DNA from: Chara braunii
Taxonomy: Eukaryota > Plantae > Charophyceae
NCBI GenBank assembly: GCA_003427395.1
Contig: BFEA01000020.1
Span: 5,553,154 to 5,617,153, forward strand
Direction of reading: 5' to 3'
Length of the DNA stretch: 64,000 nucleotides
In this document: positions 26,431 to 40,014 of the stretch, in pieces
Numbering within the stretch: position 1 is the first letter of the stretch
How the letters are laid out: each line of letters begins with the position of its first letter
Notes under the pieces: generated by a model
The model's input: only the letters and a program-made list of their open reading frames with translations
Database searches by the model: none
What the model was told of the DNA's origin: nothing
Position numbers and translations under genes: made by a program

Positions 26431-28029
26431 ACACACACACACACACACACATAAAAAAATAATAATAAAAGTTATAATCTTAGTTAATAATAAATCTTTT
26501 TTTAATAATAATATAAGTAATAATAAAATAATAAAATAATTCAATAATAAATAATAAAATAATTAAAAATTAAATAACTATGTAAGTAATATCAATAAAA
26601 TAATAATAGTATAATAAAAATGATAATAAGTAATAATAATAATAATAATAATAAAATAAATTAAGTAAAATAATTAAAAATTACTATTAAAAAATAATAA
26701 TAGAACTTACCACCAACATCTTATAAATTAAAGAATACTGTTACACTAAATTTTTAAATAGGGCCTTCGCATACCCAGTACTCCCCCAATAAACTACTCA
26801 ATACGATTTCACGATATGGCACTCACCACGCCTCCCACAAAATGGAAACTATATCTTTTTATGCCAAACATACATTGACTGTAACACAGTTATGGGTCTC
26901 CATTGCAATGTATACAATGGGACTGATAATATAACTATACAACCCTCCCATGCAATTAAAAAAAACGTTTCACACACGGTACCGCACTCCCAAGCAAATA
27001 CACCCGCAACCCACAACACCACCACCCTGAAACGACACAACCGAGTACGCAATGAAAAGACACAGCACACGCGTGCTCGACAGTAAAAGAACAGACAAAA
27101 CACTGCTCCCGCCATAGCAAAAACTCCCCCTTATGAAAACGACAGCCGATAAGACAATACCCCACGGGCCGATACACATACAGACAAAAGAACAACTGTA
27201 CAACACTGACTCCTCGACGGCCATATCCATGCACACACTTACCGGATGCAATTATACCACGACTCACCCAAAATTTCAGCGCAACCCACACCCTGATGCT
27301 CCGTACCTATCAAACATCACCAAGTGATTACCCCCCCCACCACCACCACTAGGCCCCTCACTTCTTGTTAAAATAACACACGCCACCCTCACCCTCGCAT
27401 AACTTTGAATGGCGCAAAACAAGAAGTCGCAACACGACGCTTACAACCCACAAAAACTCGGATACACCACATACACCCCTCATAACTGGGCTTCAAACTC
27501 CGCCAAAATGGATCTCCTGCCCCTACCCCCAACCTACCTTACCTTTGGTATACCCTCCTTATACACCTNAGTTNCCTATCATATACTAATCCCCCGTAGG
27601 TTGCACACCCTCTTTATTATGCATCNTATATTCAAGAGATATNGCTTTTTCCATAANCGCTGGCGTCCCCGTGCACTAGCACACGAGTTCTCGCCTGCAT
27701 GACATGCTCCTCTACCNCCTTCACGGCACAGNTGTTCCTCCGGTTCGGAGAGCTGTTCGCCTAGCAGTTCCTNCTCCTGGCGTCGGTGAGAAGTACGTCC
27801 GTTCACNGGACGCTCAGCTTACGNTGAATAGCGATCTGACGTTTCGCTACGCAAGCGCACACAGTGNTATGGCGGCGACTGATCCTCAAGCTGCACCGAT
27901 CTTGACCTCTCAGGTAAGGATTNATAACCATGGTCTACCTCCTGCACACTCTCCCCCTTCTATCCCGTGCTTCCCTGCTCTCCCGAAGCGACCTTTTTTC
28001 TTTCTTCCCCAATACTGCTAACCGGAGCT
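26431..28029 (+). repeat. Right pseudo-LTR (truncated by N gap just before the hammerhead position)
   Basis: Matches 10480-12135. Confidence 0.9.
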
Positions 28030-28473
28030 NNNNNNNNNNNNNNNNNNNNNNNNNNNNNNNNNNNNNNNNNNNNNNNNNNNNNNNNNNNNNNNNNNNNNNN
28101 NNNNNNNNNNNNNNNNNNNNNNNNNNNNNNNNNNNNNNNNNNNNNNNNNNNNNNNNNNNNNNNNNNNNNNNNNNNNNNNNNNNNNNNNNNNNNNNNNNNN
28201 NNNNNNNNNNNNNNNNNNNNNNNNNNNNNNNNNNNNNNNNNNNNNNNNNNNNNNNNNNNNNNNNNNNNNNNNNNNNNNNNNNNNNNNNNNNNNNNNNNNN
28301 NNNNNNNNNNNNNNNNNNNNNNNNNNNNNNNNNNNNNNNNNNNNNNNNNNNNNNNNNNNNNNNNNNNNNNNNNNNNNNNNNNNNNNNNNNNNNNNNNNNN
28401 NNNNNNNNNNNNNNNNNNNNNNNNNNNNNNNNNNNNNNNNNNNNNNNNNNNNNNNNNNNNNNNNNNNNNNNNN

Positions 28474-28770
<297 letters not shown>

Positions 28771-29413
28771 CACCAACCCCAGCCTGGCCCGTTTTTTTTG
28801 TTGATTTGTTTTAAATTTTTGCATCTTTATTTTTTTTAAACACCTAGTTTCCGAACAAAAAAACGAAAATCATTTCCAAAAAAAATACAGCACAACTCAG
28901 GGACCATATCCCTCATGATAAAAAATGCCAAAAAAAAATTGCTGCTTTTAAAAAAAAAAAAAATATTTTGTTTAAATCGAATTTTGTTTCTCATTTTTTA
29001 AAAATCTTAAACGAAGTCGGATTCCAAAATAGAAAACATAGGATTGTAGGGTTTTCCAAGCCCTACACCCCTATATTTTTTATTTTGTTTTTTTACATAT
29101 GTTTAGGGGTAAAAACAAATATTAAAAAACCAGGTTGCGGAGTGGGCCTCATCGGCCGAAATGCCCGCGGCCTAGGCCACGGGTGTCACATAGCCTGGCG
29201 GGCAATGTCGTCCTACCACAAAAGGTGCAGATGGGGGACAGTAAGCCTTTCTGCTCAAGATCTGTTCTCGAAACAAGCCAATCGGGGTTGGGGAGACAGC
29301 GGTGTAAGATTTGCCATTGTAGGGACCTGAGGCTTTTAGGCATTAGTTTAGCATACTTGGTCCAAAGGAGGTTGTGCAGCAACTGTGGGTTCAGAGGTGA
29401 ATCCCGCTCCCAT

Positions 29414-29518
29414 CTTTTTTTTTTTTTTTTTTTTCCAAAGACAAGGCTCCATCTATTGGTGGGGAGCAACACCTGCTGGAAACCGGGTCCAGCGTCCCAT
29501 AGATACAACCATATCCTG
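29414..29518 (-). mobile_element. GGGACGCTGG-core retroposon, short form, inserted in LINE ORF2
   Basis: Core, middle hairpin and poly(A) interrupt the ORF2 frame; 5' leader GGATATGGTTGTAT shared with the copy at ~44996. Confidence 0.75.
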
Positions 29519-31311
29519 TAAGTTTGTTTGCCCAATCTGCTGCTGTGGACAAGTTGCTCTGTACCCCCCTTTGACAATATAGTCCCAGATGTGCATGGTT
29601 TGTTGGCCCGTCCATTCCCAGTCGTCCAGTTCAAAGGGGAGTCGGACAATGGGAGTGGCAGGCTCATATGCCTGGTATCCGTTGTCCTGGTCGCCGACCA
29701 CTCTCACGTTTATAAGGCCCGCCCATGCTTCTGTGGTATCCAAATCTTCATTTCGGGTGAGATGGGAGAGCCGCACTCCTGGGTCGTGCAGGACAAAGGT
29801 TTCCAATGTGCACCTCCCATTATGCATATTCCGTACCCTGTATAGAGTCTCCAAAGTGGGCAGGTCGGCGTATCTAACCACCCAATCCTGCGATTGAATT
29901 GTCGAACCTGTTTTAAGGGTTTGCTGCCAAGCTAGAGGGAGGGTGTATATCAGTTGGCGGACCTTTTCTTCCTCGTTTCTTACATGCTTCAACTTGGCCC
30001 ACAGTTTCTCCGGCGAGGCCCAATTCTGCTCGACAGGGTCCCAGAGATCACCGACTGTGTAGATTCTTTTTTTGGCCCAGGAGAGCCACAGTGAGTTAGC
30101 TGTGAGTAGAAATGGGTTGCCAGTTTCATCCAAGATGAAAGGGTTGCCGAACAGTGGTTGTCTCCATATGGAGTGCCACCTATTGGGTGGAGGCTTTTAC
30201 TTGGGGCCTCGTTTCCTCCATAATTTTAATATGTTTGGCCAGAGGGGGTCGTTGAGGATGTCCTCCCTGGTGGCCAGCGCCGTGCCTGTGGCATGCCTGT
30301 GTTGGCGGGGGTCCGGGATCGTCCAGTGGTTGTTGGTCAACCATTGAAAGGGATGCACACAGTTGGGGGGCACAGATTCAGGTGTCAGACCAGCAATCTG
30401 CAGACAGGCCAAAGGTGCCCATGGTATGTTATTTCCCACAAGCAGTCTGATTACCACCTTGAAAATCAAGTCCTCACTCTCCCCTTCAGGGTCGAGTATC
30501 CCCAACCCTCTTTTGGCTCTTGGTTGTGTGAGGATGTCCCAACTCACCCTGTTCATGCAGCCCCCCGCTTTGGTGTTGTTTTTTCAAAAATACATGGTAA
30601 GCGCCTTTCTCAGCCTGGTATATTGTCGTGGTTTCAGTGGCCACATTGCCAATTTGTACCATATGGCCGCAAGGATGGCATTGTTGATTGCCAGCGCCCG
30701 TCCCACCAGCGATGTATGCAGCCCCTCCCATCTTGCCAGGCGGTCGATGGTCATGTTCACAAGATTATCCCCGTGGTCCTGCGGAGGTCTCATTGCCGTT
30801 AGCCTTACTCCCAAAATCTTGATAGCATCTTCTTTCTCGCCCATGATACACATGGGTCCGGTGGGGGGGCCAAGTCTTGGGGGTGAAGCCACCAGCCCTC
30901 TGTCTTAGAGCCCCAATTTACTGTCATGTTTGTCGCCAGTGAAAAGAGATGTGTGGGTTGGGCTACGGCCTGCAGGCTGTCGACATCTGCACGTATGAGG
31001 ACCGTGAGGTCATCTACGAACAGTGACGTCAACGGGATAAGGTGGTCTGGGATATCTGGGATGGGCACTTTACTAATTCTCGGGTGCGTTCTGATCTCCA
31101 CTGCAAGGGCCTCCATAACTATTATGAAAAGGAGGGGCGCAATGGGGTCTCCTTGTCGCACCGACCTCGGCAACTTTATTGGCGGCGAGAGGTGGCCGTT
31201 GAGCATTATGTTAGTAGTGGCCGATCTATGAAAGAGTTGCACCCAATGGCAGAACTCGGGGCCGAAGTTCATTCTGATCAGGCACGTATCCAGGAAATCC
31301 CAGTCAACGTG

Positions 31312-31643
31312 ATGAAGATAATGATGATGATGATGCTAATGATGATGATACTGATGATGATGATGATTATTATGATGATGATGATGAAGCTGATGATGAA
31401 GATGATGATGACTCACCAATAGATGATGGTGATGTCAGAAATGTTGTTACTGTTGTTGATAATGCTGATACTGATGCTGCTGCTCCTCTCTGTCCTTCTG
31501 TTGCCCAGCACTCCCGCTGCCACGTTCTTTCCACCTTGATGTTGAACATGAAGATGATGGTGATGATGATGCTGTTGATGATGGCGACGATGATGACTAA
31601 TCTCGTTACTGATGATGATGATCATGGTGATAATGATAATGCT
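31312..31643. repeat. (GAT)n-rich insertion flanked by an 18-bp target-site duplication
   Basis: GAAATCCCAGTCAACGTG (31294-31311) and GAAATCTCAGTCAACGTG (31644-31661), within the RT domain. Confidence 0.8.
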
Positions 31644-33599
31644 GAAATCTCAGTCAACGTGGTCATACGCTTTTTCGAAGTCTATAAACAGTACAGCCGC
31701 TCGGGCCTTGCACTGGCATGCATATTTGATGGTTTCAGGATGTTGTCTTGAATATTGCGGTTGGGCATAAAGCCCGTCCGATCCGGAGGAATCAGCATAT
31801 TCATATGTGGCAGCAGTCGGATGGTGAGTGCCTTGACCACCAGTTTGTAGGGGACTAGGAGGAGAGTGATGGGTCTATAATTTCTGATGTCCTCCTTGTC
31901 ACCCTTTTTATAGATGAGCGTCCTCACTCGTTGACCAATCATGCTCCCAAAGGAACCCTCTTTCGGGACGCTCGCTATATACTCCATCAGATCGTCGTTG
32001 AGAAGGTCCCAGAAGCACACCCATAATTCTTTTGGGAAGGAGTCACTCCCGGGTGTTTTCTCGTCCTCCAGATCCTGCAGGGCAGTCCAAATCTCGTCCA
32101 ATGAGAGTGGCTTGTCCAAAGTGTTTTTTTGTGTTGGTGTAAGGCGTGATTGCACAGCTAGGAGTAACTCTTCCCTTACTCCGCAGACGTCCCCCAGGTT
32201 CTTGTTGGAAGTTCATAATGTGAACAAATCTATGTAGTATTTGGCTGCGTAGTCTGCAATTGTATAGACATTTGTTGCGACCTGACCAGTGTTGTCCAGG
32301 GGGTGTCTAAGCCTGGGAACAGTAGAGGCCTGCGCTCGGGCTTTCACTGAGTTCACTCTGTTAAAGAAGGATCTCGCCATTGTTCCATCCGTATGTTCTC
32401 GTCTGATTTTGGCTTGTATCCTCCATACATGGGTTTGTCTTTGTAGATAGTCTTGGAGGTGATCCCTTGCCTCTTGCAATTTTTTGAAGGAAGGGATGTG
32501 TTGGGAATTGTTCATGAGTTCGTCATCCCAATCTTCAAGTTCTTGCATGACCTGATCCAGGATCACCTTGCGGTCTCTTGCACACTGGATGGAGAATTTC
32601 TTGGTCCTGTCCCTCAGTTGAGCAACGCCGTCATTAAACCAGACCACAATTTGTCGTGCTTCCGATTGCAGTTTTGTGGACCGCCAGTACCGTCAGAATT
32701 CGTGAACCATGTGTTTGAATTTAGAGAGGGGCAACACTGCAACAGTGAAGTATTGAACTTATAGAATCCAGACCCCCTCTTGATATGAGTGTGGAAAGAG
32801 AGCCCCAACGTTATCATTCTGTGGTCAAAGGATTTGCATGGGTTGATTGCAGCTATTTCCGCCCATCAAATCCCTGGATACCAGTGCGAGATCTATGCGC
32901 GAGTTAGCCAAGCCCCAGTCCCCTCTAGAAGACAAACATGTGTAAGCTTTTTGGGCAGGGTGCAGTATTCTGTAGGCATCTTCCAACTCTTTGTCTGCCA
33001 TCAGTTGTCTGAGCATCAACGTGTCCGGGCCCAGATCCGGGGGCGAGGGTATCGCTGGATTCGATCGTTGGGAGGTGGACCTTCTGTCCATCGCCGGATC
33101 CAAGGTGGTGTTGAAGTCTCCGATCATTATGGTTGGGGCGTCGTTTGGAATGTGTTGGTGCAGGCCCTGCAGGGTAAGCCAGAAGTCCGCCCTGTCAGTG
33201 GGATCATTGGGTCCATGACATTGACAAGATAGAACTCATCCTCCTCATATGCAACTTTGAGGCACACCCACCGTCTTTTTTTATGGTTGTGTTGTACTGA
33301 CACCGATCCGAGTCTTGAGGATGGCGGTAGCCATAGTGCCACTCCAGCCGATGCTCTGTCTGTTGCTGGTGTTGACTAGCATGTGTAGGGTCAAATGAAT
33401 CTGGCTTTTGCAGCATGTTCAGGGGTGTCTTGGAGGTGCGTTTCTTGGACGCATACTACATCAGGCCACCCACCAGTAACCGAGGGTTTGATCATATCCC
33501 ATATGGCATTTTTCTTATTTGTTGATGCTTGGATAAGGCCATTAATATTTATCGAGCGAATGTCAATATCAGCACGGGCCAACTTAGCCGCCCATTGGG

Positions 33600-36500
33600 G
33601 GGGGGTTCAAATTCGGGGAAAGATGGGGGGGGATGGGGGCAGGTGGGAGTGGGCAGTGGTGGTGAGTAGACAGGGGTGCGGCCATCCTTGTGACCTATGC
33701 GTTCAAGAGGGCGAGCGTGGGCGGGTTGGCAGTGTGTGATATGGGTGTGCTGGCCTGGGTATCCATGGGGCGTTGATGTCGATGGAAGTCTGTCATATGG
33801 TTCATTCTGATGATCTGATTCGCTGTCTAGCAGACGCCTTGAATCGTCAGTCCTTCATTTTGATAGGGAGAACGAAAGGGGGGTCGTCCCACTGGTTGTG
33901 TTCTTCCAGCACATCATCCTCCAGAAACGTTTGGATGAAAGTCAAGATCTTTGACTGTGGCCAGGCAATGTTGGTTTTGAATCGTGCAGTGTTGAGTCCC
34001 ATGAGCTGCTGGCAAGTAAACCAGGTGAAGGGCGCGTTTTTCTGCAGCCGCATCTTTGGATCCATGAGTAGTATGACGGGGATGATGCCCCTTGGAAATG
34101 AGAGAGAGGTCGGCAGCACTGCACCCAACACACCTTCCGTGCTCGTCTCACAGACCCAATATTTGAGTCTTTTGAGGATAACTGCCTTGGAGGGGTTGCC
34201 CCCCCAGCCTTCCAACATCAGGCCATCCGGGAGTGTGGTTTGCGGAGAGGCAGTATCCTGCTGTGGTAACCTGAGGCCCAACACCCAATGCCCCCTTTTT
34301 TTTATTCAGGTGCGGGGGAGGATGACAACCCCTGGTGGCATCACAACTGGGGCGTTGTCATCCTCCTCCAGTCTCACCAGTTGCCTCAACCTTTAGGGGG
34401 AAGTTTCAGAGGTATGGTCTTCGTCTGTCTCAACCAAGCATTCATCCTCGTCATCATGGATAATCTCAACCACCGTGGGATTTTGTTGAGGAGGGTTGGA
34501 ACGGATTATCGCATATCTGTTGCCCTTGTNNNNNNNNNNNNNNNNNNNNNNNNNNNNNNNNNNNNNNNNNNNNNNNNNNNNNNNNNNNNNNNNNNNNNNN
34601 NNNNNNNNNNNNNNNNNNNNNNNNNNNNNNNNNNNNNNNNNNNNNNNNNNNNNNNNNNNNNNNNNNNNNNNNNNNNNNNNNNNNNNNNNNNNNNNNNNNN
34701 NNNNNNNNNNNNNNNNNNNNNNNNNNNNNNNNNNNNNNNNNNNNNNNNNNNNNNNNNNNNNNNNNNNNNNNNNNNNNNNNNNNNNNNNNNNNNNNNNNNN
34801 NNNNNNNNNNNNNNNNNNNNNNNNNNNNNNNNNNNNNNNNNNNNNNNNNNNNNNNNNNNNNNNNNNNNNNNNNNNNNNNNNNNNNNNNNNNNNNNNNNNN
34901 NNNNNNNNNNNNNNNNNNNNNNNNNNNNNNNNNNNNNNNNNNNNNNNNNNNNNNNNNNNNNNNNNNNNNNNNNNNNNNNNNNNNNNNNNNNNNNNNNNNN
35001 NNNNNNNNNNNNNNNNNNNNNNNNNNNNNNNNNNNNNNNNNNNNNNNNNNNNNNNNNNNNNNNNNNNNNNNNNNNNNNNNNNNNNNNNNNNNNNNNNNNN
35101 NNNNNNNNNNNNNNNNNNNNNNNNNNNNNNNNNNNNNNNCAAGCATTCATCCTCGTCATCATGGATAATCTCAACCACCGTGGGATTTTGTTGAGGAGGG
35201 TTGGAACGGATTATCGCATATCTGTTGCCCTTGTTCTGCTGCTCGTCGTCCACNTGGACAGATACATTCACAGGGGGGGATGGGGGTCGTGGGAGTGGGC
35301 AGTGGTGGTGAGTAGACAGGGGTGCGGCCATCCTTGTGGCCTATGCGTTCAAGAGGGCGGGCGTGGGCGGGTTGGCGGTGTGTGATATGGGTGTGCTGGC
35401 CTGGGTATCCATGGGGCGTTGATGTCTATGGAAGTCTGTCATATGGNNNNNNNNNNNNNNNNNNNNNNNNNNNNNNNNNNNNNNNNNNNNNNNNNNNNNN
35501 NNNNNNNNNNNNNNNNNNNNNNNNNNNNNNNNNNNNNNNNNNNNNNNNNNNNNNNNNNNNNNNNNNNNNNNNNNNNNNNNNNNNNNNNNNNNNNNNNNNN
35601 NNNNNNNNNNNNNNNNNNNNNNNNNNNNNNNNNNNNNNNNNNNNNNNNNNNNNNNNNNNNNNNNNNNNNNNNNNNNNNNNNNNNNNNNNNNNNNNNNNNN
35701 NNNNNNNNNNNNNNNNNNNNNNNNNNNNNNNNNNNNNNNNNNNNNNNNNNNNNNNNNNNNNNNNNNNNNNNNNNNNNNNNNNNNNNNNNNNNNNNNNNNN
35801 NNNNNNNNNNNNNNNNNNNNNNNNNNNNNNNNNNNNNNNNNNNNNNNNNNNNNNNNNNNNNNNNNNNNNNNNNNNNNNNNNNNNNNNNNNNNNNNNNNNN
35901 NNNNNNNNNNNNNNNNNNNNNNNNNNNNNNNNNNNNNNNNNNNNNNNNNNNNNNNNNNNNNNNNNNNNNNNNNNNNAGAGGGCGGGCGTGGGCGGGTTGG
36001 CGGTGTGTGATATGGGTGTGCTGGCCTGGGTATCCATGGGGCGTTGATGTCTATGGAAGTCTGTCATATGGCTCATTCTGATTATCTGATTCGCTGTCTA
36101 GCAGGCACCTTGAATCGTCAGTCTTTCATTTTGATAGGGAGAACGAAGGGGGGGTCGTCCTAGTGGTTATGTTCTTCCAGCACATCATCCTCCAGAAACG
36201 TTTGGATGAAAGTCAAGACCTTTGACTGTGTCCAGGCAATGTTGGTTTTGAATCGTGCAGTGTTGAGTCTCATGAGCTGCTGGCGAGTAAACCAGGTGAA
36301 GGGTGCGTTTTTCTGCAGCCGCATCTTTGGATCCATGAGTAGTATGACGGGGATGATGCCCTTTGGAAATGAGAGAGAGGTCGGCAGTACTGCACCCAAC
36401 ACACCTTCCGTGCTCGTCTCACAGACCCAATATTTGAGACTTTTGAGGATAACTGCCTTGGAGGGTTTGCCCCTCCAGCCTTCCAACATCAGGCCATCCA

Positions 36501-39041
36501 GGAATGTGGTTTGCGGAGAGGCAGTATCCTTCTGTGGTGGCCTGAGGCCCAACACCCAATGCCCCCCTTCTTTTATTCTGGTGAGGGGGAGGATGACAAC
36601 CCCTAGTGGCATCACAACCGGGGCGTTGTCATCCTCCTCCAGTCTCACCAGTTGCCTCAACCTTTTGGGGGAAGTTTCAGAGGTATGGTCTTCGTCTGTC
36701 TCAACCAAGCATTCATCCTCGTCATCATGGATAATCTCAACCACCGTGGACCGATACATTCATGAGCTGGGGTGGTGGGCCCACAGCCTATCGAATCAGT
36801 AATTGGCCCTGCTGCGGGCCACATCCAAGGTTTGGTGGGCCCACAACCTGTCGAATCAGTAATTGGCCCTGTTGTGGGTTACATCCAGGGTCTCGTGTGG
36901 GGGGTGGGCTGTTCTGGTGGCCTACGCCACCGTGATAGTTACCGCTTCCCGACCCTGTAGAGGTCAGATCTGGGAGGGTATACAGCGTGTTACACAGCTC
37001 ATGAATCAGCACTTTGGGCCAAGCTAGGCCTTCATGGAAGAAAGCCTCAGCTTGCGTTTGTGTTGGCCCGTGGGGTTTTTGGTCCTCCTCGACCCCAAAT
37101 GTGTGGTTCTTGTATGCTTCAATTTTGTCAAGAAACTCATTTACGACGAGGACGATCGCTGCCCCCACATCCATCTTCAAGTTGTCAATGACAATCACAT
37201 TCTCGTATTTCTCCACCATTGCCAACACTCGCGAACTGTACATGAGGACAGTTTTTGGTTCGCCCCAATGTTCAGTTTTTAGTCTGTCAGCTGGTCTGTC
37301 ATCCGACAGTGAGAATATCTTCACTAAAGTCCATTCCGTGAGAAATTCTAGCTTTTGTTTGACCTCGTTGTTGGCCACCATAGGGAGGGGCAGAGAGCAG
37401 TCTTCCTTGCTCTTTGGTAGTACAGAGGTTGGCAGTTGAACTTCCACGTCCGTAGGCGAGTATTGCTGGTGCTGTTAAGGCTCCGGGAGGTCTATCGGGG
37501 CCGAGGTATCCACATCTTGGGTCCGGCGGTCTTCTATTTGGGGAATCGGCCCGTCAGCGATTGCCTTCAGCTGATGTTTGTGGTTCTCAGGCATGTCAGT
37601 TTGATTTTCAGCTTGCTGTTGCCAGAACCTCTGTAGTTGTTCCTGTTGCTGCTGGAGCACCTGTTGGTGTTGCCAGCATAGCTGCTATTGCCATTGTAGG
37701 TGCATGTGCTGGAGGGGTTGTTGCTTTTGTATCATTCTCTGTTGGTGTTGCTGTTGGTGATACTGTGCCAGCTGGGCTTGCAGTAGGAGGTGGTATTGTT
37801 CGTCGTGTTGCCTGTGCTGCATGGCCTGTTGCTGTTGAAGTTGCTGGGTTTGTTGCCTCGTTTGGAGCATCATGTGGAGTTGTGTTTGGTGCATGCCCTG
37901 TACTTCCCGATGCTGGGTTTGTACATGTTGTGCCTGCTGCAGTTGTGCGTGGTGGAGTGAGTGGAGTTGCACTTGGTGATGGTGTTGCAGGCGTAGGTGT
38001 TGTTGCTGGGCATTCTGCTGTTCCATTTGCCCCCACTTGTGCTGTGTCTGGTGGGTCAGTTCTTCCGGTGGCACTTGGCAGGGCAGCGGCTGTTGTTGTT
38101 GCTGTTGCCGGGCGCCCTCCTGCTCTTGGCGTTGTGTGTGCATATCTGGGCAGAGAGGGATTTGATGCTGCAGCAGGGTTTGTGGTTGCTGCTGCTCGGC
38201 AAGCCCAATCATGTGTTGTTGTTGTTCCAGGCACAGCTGCTCAGTGTGTATGATTATGTGTTGTTGCTGTTCCAGGCAGAGCTGCTCAGTGAGTATCTGT
38301 GGCAGTTCCGTCTGTTGGGTCTGCATCTGGGTAGGGGACAGCGGCTGGTCCTGGTGTATGGTATCCTGCTCCCCGTACGGTTGGGAGATATCCGGGTTGT
38401 GGTGGAGCTGGGGAGGCCGCTCCGGTTGGTGTAGCAGTCGGGGCTGGTGCTGTACCTGCCGTTCTTGTTGTTCCTCTATCACCCATTTGAGTGACTTCCG
38501 GGAGGCAGCTCTTGGAAATTCAATGTCGCTGGTCAGCAGCTTGGCGGGAAGGAATTTCCTTTTTCCTGTGATATGAGAGACAAGAGGATTGACGGGGGGG
38601 GGGTTGAGTCGTTTTCTGATTTTTTCCTATTTCTTAAAAAAAAAAAGCCTAGTAATAGGTTAGCAGATAGGCAAGGCAATGATGGTTTGATGACTTTGAG
38701 ATGGGATGCTGGACCCGGTTTCCAGCACAGGGCGGCACCTGTTCCATTTCTCTTACCACCACCAGGATGGAGGTCTTGCACATGGGGCCTTAAAAAAATG
38801 AAAAATAAAAAATAAAAAAAGTTATCCATGTATTCCTTAAATTTCCAGAACCTTTTTCATAAGTTCTCAGACTGTTCTTAGCCGAAGCCAGGTAATGGCC
38901 CTGGTATCTCAAATCATTTCTCGAATCATTTGTATAATTCCGTATGGGACGCTGGGCCCGGTTCCCAGCACGTGTTGCTTCCCACGAATAGTGGTGTTTG
39001 CTCTTATCAGCACCACTAGCATTTACTTGGGTTGTTTTCGT

Positions 39042-39076
<35 letters not shown>

Positions 39077-39800
39077 ACAACCTCTCTCGCTTGGGAAGTT
39101 GTCCCCACGGTGAGCGATTTCGTGAGTTGTACAGTCCCTTCCAGGCCCTGCCTGTATTCCGCCAATTGTTGTTGGGGCTGCTCCCCATCATATTTGTGTC
39201 TGTGGTTATTGTCGTCCCCTCCCCCCTGAGGGTCATCCTGGGGGGGTACGTCCTTAGTGTTGTGTGCCCAATTGCCCCGGATGTCAGTGTTCTTGTCCAA
39301 AGTGTCCCCTACCTCCAGCCGAAGAGGCTGTCTGTCAGAGTTGGCGTCTCGATGAAGAGGAAAGGCAGCGCCTTTTATCTTATTGAGGAGCGAGTTCGCT
39401 TTAAGCCACATATGCTGCATCGAGGGGAGTTTTGCGTTTCCCTTCTTAGGCCTCTCATCCTTGGGATCGTGTGCTTGGGCCGGTGCCTGTCCCCCCTCTG
39501 TGGGCTTCAAGGAGGCGACTTTACCGACAGACAAGGGGCTTGGTAGTTGTAGGCGGCCAGAGCTTATCGATCGGGGGGGGCGCTGCTCCGTCTCTTGCTG
39601 TCGGGAGTGGATTTGTGTTTCTACATGGGTCACCTCTAGCTCCCCTTGTGCTGGAACAGCAGGCGGAGGCGCGGGAGGAGGCACGCTTTGGGTCACCTGT
39701 AGCTCCCCTTGTGCTGGAACAGCAGACGCAGGCGCAGGAGGAGGCACGGTCTGTGGCTGCCGCCCATCTTCTTTGTTGGTGGCCTGGACAGTTCCCGGTG
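33600..39800 (-). pseudogene. Long Gln/Pro-rich ORF1-like region upstream of the LINE ORF2, partly duplicated across gaps
   Basis: Co-oriented ORFs 33847-34284, 36160-36759, 36788-37447, 37685-38482, 39016-39804; ~33770-34480 resembles ~36040-36750. Confidence 0.55.
38703..39072 (+). mobile_element. Two consecutive GGGAC-core retroposons
   Basis: Cores at 38703 and 38946, each ending in an A tail; second has the upstream GCCAGGTAATGGCCCTGG hairpin. Confidence 0.7.
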
Positions 39801-39839
39801 TCATGTCCTTCTTAGTTTGGTGAGGGGGCAGCTGAGGGG

Positions 39840-40012
39840 GCGGCTGGGGGCTGCATCCACCTTTCTCTGTCTAGCATACCGGATAGTTTCGCTCACAAGC
39901 AGGATGTTATCTTGGTTGTTCCTGTTCGGCATGAAACCGGACTTATCCGGCTGGATAAGAATGTGCATGAGGAAGACCAGCTTGTTCGTCAGGGATTTTG
40001 CAACCATTTTAA
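39840..40012 (-). pseudogene. L1-clade RT fragment
   Basis: KMVAKSLTNKL...SGFMPNRNNQDNILLVSE. Confidence 0.75.
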
Positions 40013-40014
40013 AC

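Larger units (their letters stand above)
10480..28473 (+). mobile_element. Giant Penelope-like retroelement (Naiad/Chlamys-type RT) with pseudo-LTRs
   Basis: ~1.6 kb direct repeats ~15.9 kb apart, PLE-type RT directly upstream of the right repeat, hammerhead ribozyme, microsatellite flanks; right end lies in an N gap. Confidence 0.75.
29195..33590 (-). pseudogene. L1-clade LINE ORF2 (APE endonuclease, RT, zinc knuckle), frameshifted
   Basis: SININGL, DVVCVQETHL, IGDFNTTLD, SRIDLAL; NYRPITLL, VRQGDPIAPLLF, FVDDLT; WQILHRCLP, CTFC. Confidence 0.92.
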
